Shown here piece by piece: positions 19,491 to 30,954 of a stretch of 64,000 nucleotides of DNA. Position 1 is the first letter of the stretch. Every line of letters begins with the position of its first letter. The notes beneath the pieces are model-generated. The model was not told the origin of the DNA, ran no database searches, and was given only the letters and a program-made list of their open reading frames with translations. Made by a program: the position numbers and the translations under genes. The stretch lies in the IMG/VR virus record IMGVR_UViG_3300045988_076381. One strand, 5' to 3'. Source of the stretch: a virus.

Positions 19491-20705
19491 TTATTCAATT
19501 TCTTTAATTACTTTACCTTTATCAATAGTATTATGTAATATCTCCTTAACTAATAACTTCCCAGCTTCAATAGCGGCCTCATCACTATCTTCTTTATATA
19601 ATTCCTCCAATTTTTCAGTAACTTCTAATCTAAGAATTAATTCTTCCCGTTCTATTTCAGCTACCTGAGATATCTTATCTCCTTCTTTTAATATAACAGG
19701 AATCCCTTTCCTAGATATATCTTCTGTATCTAGATGATGAAGTTCTTTATGTAATTTACCCTCTGGAATTATATTCTTCTCTCCTATTTTTCCACCATCT
19801 TTATATTTAAGAATATTTTTCTGGGATTCAGTGTATTTAATTCTAAAGGATTCTAAGAATTTAAATCCATCCTTTCCAAATCTAATATTATTTAATCCTC
19901 CAGATTGTTCTAATTGCAATCTATTAGTAAACATATCAGAAGAACTTATTGATCTTGCGGATCTATCTGATGCATCTGTTAAGATATCATCTATAGTATT
20001 TTGATATCCTTGAGCTTTATCCATTTTTTTATTAGCTTTTTTCCTGGCTTTATTAGAAAATAATCCATATTTTTTTCCAGATAGACCTCCAGCATCTGTA
20101 ATGAATTTACCAGTTCCTGTATAAGAAGAGTTATTAGCAATATTTTGATCTACAGTAAATTTTCTAGATTTTTTTCCAAATGCGTTATTTATTAATCCTA
20201 CAGCACCAAGATTAAAAAAGCTACTTCCTAAAATAGCATCAGCTGTAGTCATTTTATCTGTTCCAATTCCTAATTTTTCTAATCCATTTCCTACTAATTT
20301 ACCTGCCTTCATTGCTATTCCTACACCTGGAATTGCAGTTCCTACAGTATTACTAATAACATCATATCCAGCATCAAGTCCTTTAGTTATATTTCCCTTC
20401 TTACCGGAATAATCCTTTCCAATTAAATTGGCTCCTATATCTAAAACAGATCCTATATTAGCAGAAGTACCTAACCCACTTAAAGCACTTGTAGTTAAGG
20501 TAGGAATAACCAATTTACTTAGAGCACTTATAGTTGAAGTAGGAGCAAAATTAGCTTTAATACTATCCCATAATCCAGGTCCTGTTTTAGATAAAGAAGC
20601 ATTTTGCAATGCCATTTTATTTAATGTAAGAGGGCTGCTAGCACTAACAGATCCTATCAAAGGTCCTGTTGATGTAACTATTCCCCCATCATAAAACTTT
20701 TTCAT
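19491..20705 (-). CDS. glycine-zipper membrane-active ejection-type protein (404 aa)
   Basis: The N-terminus is MKKFYDGG. Gly-rich hydrophobic repeats follow (GTAIPGVGIAMKAGKLVGNGLEKLGIG, LGAVGLINNAFG). A second YKDGG motif is present. Confidence 0.55.
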   Translation of the reverse strand: MKKFYDGGIVTSTGPLIGSVSASSPLTLNKMALQNASLSKTGPGLWDSIKANFAPTSTISALSKLVIPTLTTSALSGLGTSANIGSVLDIGANLIGKDYSGKKGNITKGLDAGYDVISNTVGTAIPGVGIAMKAGKLVGNGLEKLGIGTDKMTTADAILGSSFFNLGAVGLINNAFGKKSRKFTVDQNIANNSSYTGTGKFITDAGGLSGKKYGLFSNKARKKANKKMDKAQGYQNTIDDILTDASDRSARSISSSDMFTNRLQLEQSGGLNNIRFGKDGFKFLESFRIKYTESQKNILKYKDGGKIGEKNIIPEGKLHKELHHLDTEDISRKGIPVILKEGDKISQVAEIEREELILRLEVTEKLEELYKEDSDEAAIEAGKLLVKEILHNTIDKGKVIKEIE

Positions 20706-20715
20706 TTTAGTTTAT

Positions 20716-23700
20716 TTAACAAAAGCTTATTTCAAACATTGTTTGTAATGCGGTAATAATAACTCTCTTATCTCCTTTATATTTAACTCTAATCTTTATA
20801 TATTTATCTCTGGGCCTAGTTTCTTCTATTTTTAATTTAATATTTCCCTTATTTCCTTTTTGATATTTAAAAGGTTCTAGAGTAATATTAACAAAGTCTT
20901 CCTGATATCTGGTATTACCTTTAATAATACCACAAGTAGACATATCCTTAATAGGTTGAATTCTTCTTAAACTATACTCAGATAATCTATCATCATAGAA
21001 TACAATAGCAGATTTTCCAGTAGATTTATTATTACAGTCTTTATTATCGATAAATTTTATATAATCATCTGTCTCAGATTCTTCAATTTCTCCCTTCTGT
21101 ACTAAATAAGTATTTTCTTTTAAATCTGGGATGTTAGAGAAATCATACGCATCTCCGATTACTTCAAATGAGACTAATTCTGGGAGGACGTTATTAGATA
21201 TAATAAAGAGATTTGTAAAGACTTTATGATATCCAACATTCTTATTTACAACAAACTCAAATTCAAATGGGTCATAAGAAAGAGGTACTCCTTTTGAATC
21301 TCGTTCTTTATACCATGAGGTTGGATAGATTTTTTCTTTATTATCAAATATTCCAGCTACTCCATGTCTCCAGAAATATGTAGGATTTTTCCAAGTCTCG
21401 GAAGATGTTCTTATATAAACTACTCCAGTATATGTACTACTAGCATCTACTTCTAATTCTTCCATATTTGATGTTATAGATTCGTTTCTCCCTCGCACTA
21501 ATTCTGCTCGAATATTTAGAGTTACATACTTATTCCCTTCTAGGTATTTATTTCTAATAGTACTATTAGATGATCTTAATATCAACCATGTCTGTCTATT
21601 CGAAACTTTATTACCTATCTTATCTTCATGAGTATATAAATAAAAATCTTCGTTATCTGGATAAATGTCATTATTTATAAATTCATATTTAGAGTATTTA
21701 ATTCTAAATTTATCTGGATCTACATCTAATTTAATATCTAATAACCCTACTGCAACATCTTTTCCAATTGTAATAGGAGAGGTAAGATCCGGGATCTCTA
21801 TTCCTTTATATACAACTAAAGGATTATTAATCGGATTTAATATACTTTCCCAACTTACTTTATTCGAATAAGTAGTGGGATCTCTTAATATAATTCCTTT
21901 AGCTGCAACAGAACCTTCCCATGTAACTGAGACTTTAGATATATTCTTAGAATCTTCTTTATTATTAGTAAAGAATACATTAGATATATTTTCAGACATT
22001 AATGGAATCCATGAATATCTGGTTGTCCACAATTGTAATTTTTCATTATAACACAAATTCCATTCTCTAGAAGTTATAAATTCTCCTACTGGATTTATAT
22101 CCTGAATATCATCATAGAAAGTAAATAATACATCAAATTTAAATTTATTAAAATGTGTTTTTACATTCCGCAATCCTAAGGTAGTGCTTCTCTCTCTTTC
22201 AGTAAATGAAATATTATCATTTAAATATTTCTGAATTTTAAAATCAGATATAATCTCAAATGATTTTCCATTTGTTCTCCAAATCTTTTTAGCAAAAGTA
22301 TCGACACCATATACATAATTATCTGTTTTTAATACAGAGTCCTTCCACTGAGATCCATATAATTTAGATAATAAAATAGGACGTTCTGGGAGAACATTAT
22401 TGGAATTTAAATATACTGGATTATTTAATTCTCCAGCTGTTTGGATTCTTTCATTTATTGGTATAAGTCCAACTCCCTTTTCGAATACTACTACTAAATC
22501 TCCATACCATTCGATAATAGATGTAATAGTTCCATATTCTTTATTATAATCTCTATAATTACTTAATTGAAATACTCTATAATTATTTTTAAATGCGTCA
22601 GATATGAATATATCAGAATACATTATTCTATTAGAAAAATCATTTTTTATATATGGAACATCCGGAAGAATAAAATAATTCTTATCTGATGTAGAACTAT
22701 TATATCCAGAATTATATACTGTACTTTCAGGAATTTTATACTCTCCAGATGCATTAAATCTAGATATAGGATAAAATGTTCTAGGATGTCCATTTAAAGC
22801 CGCTTCTGAGGTATTAGATCCATCTTCACATCGTAATGCTAAATTTATATTAGATAAACATTTTAATGTAACCCAATGTCCAATTTGAACTGCATTAACA
22901 TCTCCTCTATTTATCAGTTCCGCTTTTTCCAAATCTAAAGCTCCATCTTCTGAACCAGTATAATTATCTCTCCATGTATAAGGATCTACAATAGTATCGT
23001 TAGTAGGACTTTCCGGATCTTGGAAGTTTCTACACATTCTATGAGTAAAAATATTTATATAACAATCTCCTCTATAACAAACTAATTCTTCGCCTTCTAA
23101 TGAATCCCACTCATATCTATCACATATAGAATAATATGGAGACATATCACTAAATCTAGCTTTAAAATAATCGACTAACATGCCTTCATTATATCCCGGA
23201 ATCATTATATCTACTAATTTACAGTATGATTGTAGTCCTTCAATTCCTACATAAGAACCCCAAGATCCCCGTAATAGGTTTTTTGCTTTAGCTTTATTAT
23301 CTTCTTTACCTAGATATTTAAATTTATATGCAACTTCGGCTTCACCAGCTCTAGAAGAAAAATCTTGCGTTCCAGATGTTTTTAATTGAATGTTATCATC
23401 AATATAAGTTAAACTTATATTTTGATACCAAGATCTACTACTATTACCTTCTTTATTTCTAGAGAAATTCGGAAATGTATAATGTCTATCATCTCCTCTT
23501 TGGGTAATATAATTTTCTGTAGTATCGTACGTTAAATACGAATCTCTGAGAACGAATTTAGATCCATTAAATATCTGAGAGTATAATTCATTATTTAATT
23601 CCGCTTCCGGAACAATAGCAGCATTTGGTAGGGTATCATTAGAATATAATAATCTATTATTAATATCATTTTCTAAAATACTATCCCCATTACTATTAGC

Positions 23701-25629
23701 TATGAAAGATTCAGTCATTCCTAACGGTTTACCGTCTCCACGTTTTACTGGAAGAACAGGGATCTTAGAATTTAAATCTAATCCTATAGTTGCTCCTTGA
23801 CAATATACTGTTGGAATTCGTTTTTGACGTACAAAAAAGAATCCTTTAGTATATTTTTTTAATTCTTTTATTAAATTCTCAGTATCCTTCCAAGTAGGAT
23901 AATCGGAGTTATTTTCTGAATTCTTAAATATGAATTTAATACCTACTGGTTTATTATATCCATCATAAGTAGAGTTCTTTTCAATACTTAATTTAACTAC
24001 ACCTTTAGCATTATCCAAAGAAGATTTTATAAATCCATTCTCTAAAACTTCTATATAATTTCTATCTCCCGGAAGTTCGGTATCTTTATTCCAATTATAT
24101 ATAGATTCAATTTTTTCAGTATTCTCAATTCCTAAATTCCTTCCCCGGATATTAAATACTGGAGACAATGTAAAGTCATTCATTATATATACTATTCCAA
24201 ATCTATATATATCTTCCCAATATCCTACTCTATGATAGATATTATATACATTATAATACATTCCGAAGGTTTCTCTACTAGATCCAACTGGTGTGTAATA
24301 CCCATTATCTAATGATATATCTCCAACCTCATCTTCTGTATAAATTTCTGGAATAATACGCAAAGATAGATCAGCCAATTCTTTATACGGAATAGTTGTT
24401 TTATTTACATTACTTAAAAATAATCTATTTTGTACTTGAGCCTGAGATTTAGCATTTTCTACAATACTATATTGGATATTAATATCATCTAAACTAATTT
24501 CTGACACAGGTTCTATACCTGTTATAGTAACAGTACATACAGTATTTATTACAGAGAAGCTATTAACTAATTTATATGCTTTTGTAATCTCTGTTCCATT
24601 TTCAGTACTAGTGGATCTTGTATAATAGATATTTAGATAATCATAAGAATCGTCTATATTAGTTATAGTGAATCTAATAGTTTTATACGCATTAGTATCT
24701 AATATTCCACCTTTTATAGTTTTTATATCACTAATATCTCCTATATAAACAGAAACAATTCCTGATTCAGCAACAAAATCAGTCTCGTTTCCATCAGAGT
24801 CTTGATATTTAAAATAAAATACATAATTCCCAACCTTTAATTCCCCTCCAGATTCTACACCATCAAATCTAATAACTGGAAGAGTTTTTATAGTTTTATA
24901 TAGTTTAGTCTCTCCGTCTAAGGAATTTTCATCATATATATTAGTATCATTACTCCCATTTCTATCTATAATTTTATACATTCCATTTTCAGTTGGAGTA
25001 AAACGGGAATTTATAAGTCTTGGGGGATTTAAATCATCATTAAGTATAAGATTTACGCTTCCGTCATACGATTCTTGAATCTCTATATCAACTGGATTAT
25101 TTATACTAAAATTTAAATCTTTAGTACTAAAATCAACTAAATCCCCTTTTCTATTAGATGTAATCAATCTTCCTTCATTATTACCTGGATTACCAACTTC
25201 AATTTCTTTTTTGCTATTAGTACGAACCCATTCTCTTGGACTTAATGCTTGTCTTGGTGTATATTTAAGAGAAGAGTATTCAGCGGTTGCTTCTGAAAAT
25301 CTACTTTTAACTTCATCTGTATTTATATTACTATTATTAGAACTTATTATAAATAAAGTATCTATATTTTGATCAGTAATATAGATTTCTTTTTCTTTAA
25401 ATATTCCAGTATCATTATCTATAGGTTCAATTATTTTTAAAGTAGCAGGAATTTCAATGTCCCCACTTTTTATTACATATCTTCCATCAGTAGCTTTAAG
25501 ATATCTATTTCCGGATAATCTTAAATTTCTAAATGGATTATATTCATATGCTAAAAACCCTTCTGTTTGAAGAGTCTTATACATAATTTCAAATGTAATA
25601 TCAAAATTTAAGGTTAAAAAAGGGGTCAT
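20716..25629 (-). CDS. very large tail structural protein (1637 aa)
   Basis: Long beta-rich ORF in the tail module. The call rests on size and position only. Confidence 0.55.
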   Translation of the reverse strand: MTPFLTLNFDITFEIMYKTLQTEGFLAYEYNPFRNLRLSGNRYLKATDGRYVIKSGDIEIPATLKIIEPIDNDTGIFKEKEIYITDQNIDTLFIISSNNSNINTDEVKSRFSEATAEYSSLKYTPRQALSPREWVRTNSKKEIEVGNPGNNEGRLITSNRKGDLVDFSTKDLNFSINNPVDIEIQESYDGSVNLILNDDLNPPRLINSRFTPTENGMYKIIDRNGSNDTNIYDENSLDGETKLYKTIKTLPVIRFDGVESGGELKVGNYVFYFKYQDSDGNETDFVAESGIVSVYIGDISDIKTIKGGILDTNAYKTIRFTITNIDDSYDYLNIYYTRSTSTENGTEITKAYKLVNSFSVINTVCTVTITGIEPVSEISLDDINIQYSIVENAKSQAQVQNRLFLSNVNKTTIPYKELADLSLRIIPEIYTEDEVGDISLDNGYYTPVGSSRETFGMYYNVYNIYHRVGYWEDIYRFGIVYIMNDFTLSPVFNIRGRNLGIENTEKIESIYNWNKDTELPGDRNYIEVLENGFIKSSLDNAKGVVKLSIEKNSTYDGYNKPVGIKFIFKNSENNSDYPTWKDTENLIKELKKYTKGFFFVRQKRIPTVYCQGATIGLDLNSKIPVLPVKRGDGKPLGMTESFIANSNGDSILENDINNRLLYSNDTLPNAAIVPEAELNNELYSQIFNGSKFVLRDSYLTYDTTENYITQRGDDRHYTFPNFSRNKEGNSSRSWYQNISLTYIDDNIQLKTSGTQDFSSRAGEAEVAYKFKYLGKEDNKAKAKNLLRGSWGSYVGIEGLQSYCKLVDIMIPGYNEGMLVDYFKARFSDMSPYYSICDRYEWDSLEGEELVCYRGDCYINIFTHRMCRNFQDPESPTNDTIVDPYTWRDNYTGSEDGALDLEKAELINRGDVNAVQIGHWVTLKCLSNINLALRCEDGSNTSEAALNGHPRTFYPISRFNASGEYKIPESTVYNSGYNSSTSDKNYFILPDVPYIKNDFSNRIMYSDIFISDAFKNNYRVFQLSNYRDYNKEYGTITSIIEWYGDLVVVFEKGVGLIPINERIQTAGELNNPVYLNSNNVLPERPILLSKLYGSQWKDSVLKTDNYVYGVDTFAKKIWRTNGKSFEIISDFKIQKYLNDNISFTERERSTTLGLRNVKTHFNKFKFDVLFTFYDDIQDINPVGEFITSREWNLCYNEKLQLWTTRYSWIPLMSENISNVFFTNNKEDSKNISKVSVTWEGSVAAKGIILRDPTTYSNKVSWESILNPINNPLVVYKGIEIPDLTSPITIGKDVAVGLLDIKLDVDPDKFRIKYSKYEFINNDIYPDNEDFYLYTHEDKIGNKVSNRQTWLILRSSNSTIRNKYLEGNKYVTLNIRAELVRGRNESITSNMEELEVDASSTYTGVVYIRTSSETWKNPTYFWRHGVAGIFDNKEKIYPTSWYKERDSKGVPLSYDPFEFEFVVNKNVGYHKVFTNLFIISNNVLPELVSFEVIGDAYDFSNIPDLKENTYLVQKGEIEESETDDYIKFIDNKDCNNKSTGKSAIVFYDDRLSEYSLRRIQPIKDMSTCGIIKGNTRYQEDFVNITLEPFKYQKGNKGNIKLKIEETRPRDKYIKIRVKYKGDKRVIITALQTMFEISFC

Positions 25630-25635
25630 ATATAA

Positions 25636-28600
25636 TTAAGTAAAATTAACTAAATTCTCTGGTTTACTAAAATTAGACCCAGTTATATTTCCTCTTACCT
25701 GTAATTGTTTGCTAAATACCAGATCATCTGGATTTCTAAGGTTAGCATTACAACAATCTTCATTATCTGATAAATTTCTAAAAGAATACCAGTCAATATA
25801 TCTAGATTCCTGATTACTTGCTCCAAAACCCATTCCTATCAGATGAATGTTATTATTTAGAATACTAAAAAGAGGATGTACCTCAAATTTATCTACTCTC
25901 TTAAAATATAATTTTTCATTATTAGTAGCGTACATGTTATCTAAATCCTTAGACATATATGTAGTATAACTACTTGCTTCGAGATATATGTTTTTAACTT
26001 TATTTAAATTAGAGGAGGTTAAAGAAGAACTAAATATATATCTATAAGGTATGCCAGCTGAAAAAGGAGCTTGTGTAGTTTCTATTGGTTTGTAATCTTC
26101 TAATTTTGTTTTATCGGGGCCAGTATCTGTACTTCCATATCCAATATAATACTCATTATCCTTTAATGAATTTATATATGTATTTATTATTGTAGTAATC
26201 CTGTCATTTAGAGGTATAGTACCATCATCTGTTTTTATATTAATATTTACTGATGAAAATGATCCAGTTAATTTTATCTTTCCTTCTAATGTAGTATCAT
26301 AAAGATTATCATATTTAATTGTATCAGGATTAGGTATAGTATAAGGATTATTAGATACTCCAGATACTTTACTTGCTCTATATAAATTATTAAATAATGT
26401 ATTAAATTCTGACCTTATATTATCTGCTGACATAGTATTTCCAACTCTAGTTCCGTATATATTACAAATACACATTGTATTTCCATCAAATTCTATTATA
26501 ACAAAGGTTGATGGATAATATTTAGAAGAATTTTTATTAGGATAAAAATATAATTTATTACAGGTTCTACTTCCCCAGTTATTTACGAAAGCTTCTAGAG
26601 AAGTATCAAGACTATCTCCAGCAAATGCTAATATCCCTATTTTATTATTCCCTAGTCTTGATTTTATTTTATTTACGACTGTGGTTGGAGAATTTCCTGC
26701 GTCTACAGTGTAATCTCTATCATAACCCCCTTTATTTGGATCTTTAGTAACCCACTCAGATGATACATCCTTATCTACAAAAATATTATCTACTCCATCC
26801 TTAACACAGATCCAATCTCCACGTCCATCATCGTTATGATAATAAGGTATTCCAGATGATACTTGTAGTCCATCCCACCCTAATAATCCTACAGGTTCCC
26901 ATTTATTATATTCTATTTTATCTCCCGGAATATTTGTAGTATATGTTCCTGATTTTACTTGTTTATTTAGGGTTGCAGTTATAGTAAGCTTCCTAATATT
27001 TTCATCATCCTGAGTTTTATCATCAGTTATAACAGCGGATGGAAAAATTAATGGAGTTCCAGAAGTAGTTAAACTATAATTAGATGTATCAGATGAGTAA
27101 ATTATATCAGCATCTAATATCCCAAAATTAAGTTTATTTACTTTTCTAAGTTTATACTCTGAACTTACTGTAACACTATTTTCTATAGTAGTTTCATATA
27201 GCGTCTTGTGTTCCCCTTCTTCAATTAAATCGGAAGCTGATGACAATGAAGGTTGTAGTATATTATCTTTTTTATGGATAATAGTTGGTCCAGTAATACT
27301 CTTTTGGGATAAATCTATAGCAGAATCCGATACTACTGTTATATAATTATCTATTTTAAGTGTTGAAAAGTTCTTAGTATCTTCTGTAATAGCAGAAGTA
27401 TAATAAGAATTAAATTGTCCATTTGTGAAAAGAGTATATAAAGCATTATATTCCTCAACCTCAAATCGGTGTTTTTCTGTATCCTTATTAAAGCTCAATC
27501 CACATATTCTACATATATAAAAATTATTATATCTTAACCTAGTATATTCAGAATTATATACATAATTATTTTGAGTACTAAAATTCTTATATATTTTAGT
27601 ACCATTTCCTAATTGAGGTTCTATTTTATATATCCACGGTAATCTAGGATTAGATATAGAAGGCTCTTTAGTATTTATATTCTCTTGAACAGTTTCTCCA
27701 GATACTATTTTAAAATAATCCTCTAATCTTGAAGAATCCAATAATAAATAGTAATTGGTACCGGAAGATTCTAAATAATTATTTTCGAAATTTGTAATAG
27801 CGGAATCTATATCTTCCACCCCTTCCCCGTTTTGATAATAATAAGGTTCTACTTTTAAATCTTTATCAAAACAATCTATAGAGAAATTATAGGATCCTGA
27901 AATAGATTTAGATAAAGGGTATATAAGAGATGCATTTGCGGATACATCATAAAATTCTATATACATTACATCACACTTATTTAATCCATTTGATGTTCCT
28001 CTAACAAAGAAGTCTGTAGTAATAGTAACCCTTTTAACTTCTCTTCCTTCTATATTAGTAGTACTAGTAGTAGAATATCTCCATATATTAGATTCTTTAC
28101 TAGTTAATAGATCTCGATAATTTAATACTGTTGTATATTTAAGATTCTCAAACCATTGGAATCTTGAATATGGTTTTATAGTTATACGTGTATCTTTTTC
28201 TTTACTTAATTTTAATAAATCATGTTTAATTGATATTACGGGTTGTGGAATATTCTCTCCGGGCTTTAAAATATACTCGGGATCTATTTCTTCATCCTCA
28301 TGGGTACCTTCTTCATCTTTTTCTATTCTTACTCCATATACATTATTATAACTATCACTTTCACTATTAATAGTAAGTTCTACATTGTAATCATCCTTAC
28401 CATTTTCAGTTACATCTCCTATCTCAATATTAAAAAAATCAATAGGTTCTATCTCTAATACTATAATTAAATATCCATTAAATCTAGAACTATATGTATT
28501 ATATAATGAGGGATCCTGAACTGTTTTTAATTGAATATTACCTCCAAATGCTTCGCCTTCTGTATAAAAAAACTTTCTAACTTCGTTTGTAAATACATTA

Positions 28601-29217
28601 GTTTGATCTTCTATATAAGTAATAGATCCATTTTCATTTACAGTGGCAAGATGTAATGAAAAAACTCTCCGTTGAAGTTTCCCGTTACTGAATGTAGTAT
28701 TGTAATTTTTATAAGTTTCTATAAAGTCATCTATCGAAGAGCTACCAGTGCTAGGAGTTATATAAATTAGAAATTTATCCCCGGGCCTTAAAACCATTCG
28801 TTGCAATAAAGAAAAATCAGCTTTTAAATAAGTAATTTGTAATCCTTTACTCTTCCCTTCTGGATATAAAGTACTATCAAGTATATCAGTATCTATATCA
28901 TCCATAGATAATTCTTCCGAAGATATATTCCTTTCTGGAGATGGAAATGAACCTAATTCACATTCTCCAGTAAGAGGATTCATCGATGCTATATATATAA
29001 TCCCTCCATACTGCTTTATTCCAAGAGGAATAAAATCTTTCTTTAATGCACAAGATTCAACTCTCCCATTTCCAGAATCATTTTGTAATATAAACTCATT
29101 ACCATCAAAAGTTATAATCGTTCCATTTAAACAATCTGTTAATACTGTATTCGGAACTACAGTATCATTCATATCCATTAATAATCCTCCATTAAAGGAG
29201 TTTTGAGCTATTTCCAT
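25636..29217 (-). CDS. large tail structural protein (1193 aa)
   Basis: Long ORF adjacent to the 1637-aa protein. The call rests on size and position only. Confidence 0.55.
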   Translation of the reverse strand: MEIAQNSFNGGLLMDMNDTVVPNTVLTDCLNGTIITFDGNEFILQNDSGNGRVESCALKKDFIPLGIKQYGGIIYIASMNPLTGECELGSFPSPERNISSEELSMDDIDTDILDSTLYPEGKSKGLQITYLKADFSLLQRMVLRPGDKFLIYITPSTGSSSIDDFIETYKNYNTTFSNGKLQRRVFSLHLATVNENGSITYIEDQTNVFTNEVRKFFYTEGEAFGGNIQLKTVQDPSLYNTYSSRFNGYLIIVLEIEPIDFFNIEIGDVTENGKDDYNVELTINSESDSYNNVYGVRIEKDEEGTHEDEEIDPEYILKPGENIPQPVISIKHDLLKLSKEKDTRITIKPYSRFQWFENLKYTTVLNYRDLLTSKESNIWRYSTTSTTNIEGREVKRVTITTDFFVRGTSNGLNKCDVMYIEFYDVSANASLIYPLSKSISGSYNFSIDCFDKDLKVEPYYYQNGEGVEDIDSAITNFENNYLESSGTNYYLLLDSSRLEDYFKIVSGETVQENINTKEPSISNPRLPWIYKIEPQLGNGTKIYKNFSTQNNYVYNSEYTRLRYNNFYICRICGLSFNKDTEKHRFEVEEYNALYTLFTNGQFNSYYTSAITEDTKNFSTLKIDNYITVVSDSAIDLSQKSITGPTIIHKKDNILQPSLSSASDLIEEGEHKTLYETTIENSVTVSSEYKLRKVNKLNFGILDADIIYSSDTSNYSLTTSGTPLIFPSAVITDDKTQDDENIRKLTITATLNKQVKSGTYTTNIPGDKIEYNKWEPVGLLGWDGLQVSSGIPYYHNDDGRGDWICVKDGVDNIFVDKDVSSEWVTKDPNKGGYDRDYTVDAGNSPTTVVNKIKSRLGNNKIGILAFAGDSLDTSLEAFVNNWGSRTCNKLYFYPNKNSSKYYPSTFVIIEFDGNTMCICNIYGTRVGNTMSADNIRSEFNTLFNNLYRASKVSGVSNNPYTIPNPDTIKYDNLYDTTLEGKIKLTGSFSSVNINIKTDDGTIPLNDRITTIINTYINSLKDNEYYIGYGSTDTGPDKTKLEDYKPIETTQAPFSAGIPYRYIFSSSLTSSNLNKVKNIYLEASSYTTYMSKDLDNMYATNNEKLYFKRVDKFEVHPLFSILNNNIHLIGMGFGASNQESRYIDWYSFRNLSDNEDCCNANLRNPDDLVFSKQLQVRGNITGSNFSKPENLVNFT

Positions 29218-29218
29218 A

Positions 29219-29818
29219 TTAAAATTCCGTTAAATCTTCTCTAGTTATATTATCAATTTTAGTAAACTCGTACCCATCAAAAGATCTTTTTAAGAAATAT
29301 TCTACATCTTTAGTAGAATAATTCTCAAAAAATACCTTATATCCAGGAATTCCGTATAATTTAACTCTAAAGAAATGATCGTAGTTTAAATTAAGCAAGC
29401 ACTCATCAAGCACTCTATATAAGCATACATCTCCAAAATTAAACGTAATATTTCTTTTATTTAAATAAATAGATTTAAATTTCTCCTCAGTTAATCCAAA
29501 ATAACAATACCCCCACCATTTAGTTCTACGCTGTCTATATAAAAACCTCATCTTAGTAATCATCTTACTAATAGCGTATCTAATTTTGTGAGCAATACTT
29601 TGAAATGTAACTCTTCCAATGAGAAATTTAAACATCTTACCATCTATTTTACTAGATAAATAAACATCACTATTATTAGATATTACATAATATAAATATC
29701 TATTCCCATATTTAATAATAGTAGTTAAATCTTCTATACTAAATTCTGGGAATTTTTCTTGTAATATCGGGAGATAATCCTTTAAATACTTAATCTTATT
29801 AGCCATACTTATTACCAC
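29219..29818 (-). CDS. hypothetical protein (199 aa)
   Basis: ORF in the operon, with start/stop overlaps to its neighbours. Confidence 0.45.
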   Translation of the reverse strand: MVISMANKIKYLKDYLPILQEKFPEFSIEDLTTIIKYGNRYLYYVISNNSDVYLSSKIDGKMFKFLIGRVTFQSIAHKIRYAISKMITKMRFLYRQRRTKWWGYCYFGLTEEKFKSIYLNKRNITFNFGDVCLYRVLDECLLNLNYDHFFRVKLYGIPGYKVFFENYSTKDVEYFLKRSFDGYEFTKIDNITREDLTEF

Positions 29819-30260
29819 TATTTACATTATCAAAAAATTCTCTAGTTAAGGAGTAATTTAACATTACTCCTCTAGTTAAAGTTCCTTTCTTACCTTTCTC
29901 ATAGAATAATTTAATTTGTGGGTATTTATACTCAGAATCAAAATAATTATACATTGTATTTGTAGAAGTCTTTAGATGATTTAAAAGTTCTTCTCCTTTA
30001 AGTATTTCAATCCCCAAAATCATTCTTTTTCTGGTTGTAAATACGAAAGTAGTACTATTTCTGATAATATCCAATATTACTAAATATAAAAAGTAAATAT
30101 AAATCCTACAACACCATAATCGGAGTTCTGCACCATTTTTATAATTCTTTTTAAGCATTTTTCTAGATACCTCTAACTTCTTTAAATCGAATTTTTCAAA
30201 CAATTCAGGTGCGGAGAATGTATAACTAAGAGAAGATATTGTTGTATTATTATATTTCAT
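29799..30260 (-). CDS. hypothetical protein (153 aa)
   Basis: ORF that overlaps its neighbours by a few nt. Confidence 0.45.
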   Translation of the reverse strand: MKYNNTTISSLSYTFSAPELFEKFDLKKLEVSRKMLKKNYKNGAELRLWCCRIYIYFLYLVILDIIRNSTTFVFTTRKRMILGIEILKGEELLNHLKTSTNTMYNYFDSEYKYPQIKLFYEKGKKGTLTRGVMLNYSLTREFFDNVNSGNKYG

Positions 30261-30949
30261 TACTTCTCTGGTTTAAATGATTTTCCGTAAGATTTTCTAT
30301 CAAAACTAGTCATTACATCTAAAATCCTATTCATATCGTTTTGAGATACTTTTTCCGGAACTCTAGCTCTTTCACATAACCTAGCCCATTCTAATTTTAT
30401 ATTCTGAGCCATTTGATATGTATTAGGATCTCTAGTTCTAATAGCTTGTTTATATAAATCTGTATAAGCACAATATGCTGCAATTGCTTCGGCCTCTTTA
30501 GAATTTATATAAGGAAATCCTTCTTCATCTAGAATTTGTTTCCTATATAAAACTAATACATTCTTATAATCCTTATCAAATAATAAAGTATTTTCCCTCA
30601 TCTGGTAATTTAATAATACTCCATAATCATATAATAAGGATTTATTATATTTCCAGTATTCTATATATTGTTCTATGTAATTAGTAATAACTTGAGGCCA
30701 ACGTTGTTTATTAGATGTTTTTTGAGAGTCTATAAAATTCCCGAATACTGCTTCGATACTAGTAACATCACATGGGAGTTCTAATTCCCCGTTTACAACG
30801 TCTCCAACAAATTCCTTTATCTCAGTTTGTTTATTTCCTATCTTATCATATGCAATCATTCCTGAGGATTCAAATTCTAATTGGTCTATATTTAAACCGT
30901 AATTAGTTTGAATATATGTATATGCTGTGTGGAAGTTTAAATTCTTCAT
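30260..30949 (-). CDS. hypothetical head-tail joining region protein (229 aa)
   Basis: ORF; the call rests on position only. Confidence 0.45.
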   Translation of the reverse strand: MKNLNFHTAYTYIQTNYGLNIDQLEFESSGMIAYDKIGNKQTEIKEFVGDVVNGELELPCDVTSIEAVFGNFIDSQKTSNKQRWPQVITNYIEQYIEYWKYNKSLLYDYGVLLNYQMRENTLLFDKDYKNVLVLYRKQILDEEGFPYINSKEAEAIAAYCAYTDLYKQAIRTRDPNTYQMAQNIKLEWARLCERARVPEKVSQNDMNRILDVMTSFDRKSYGKSFKPEK

Positions 30950-30954
30950 ATATA

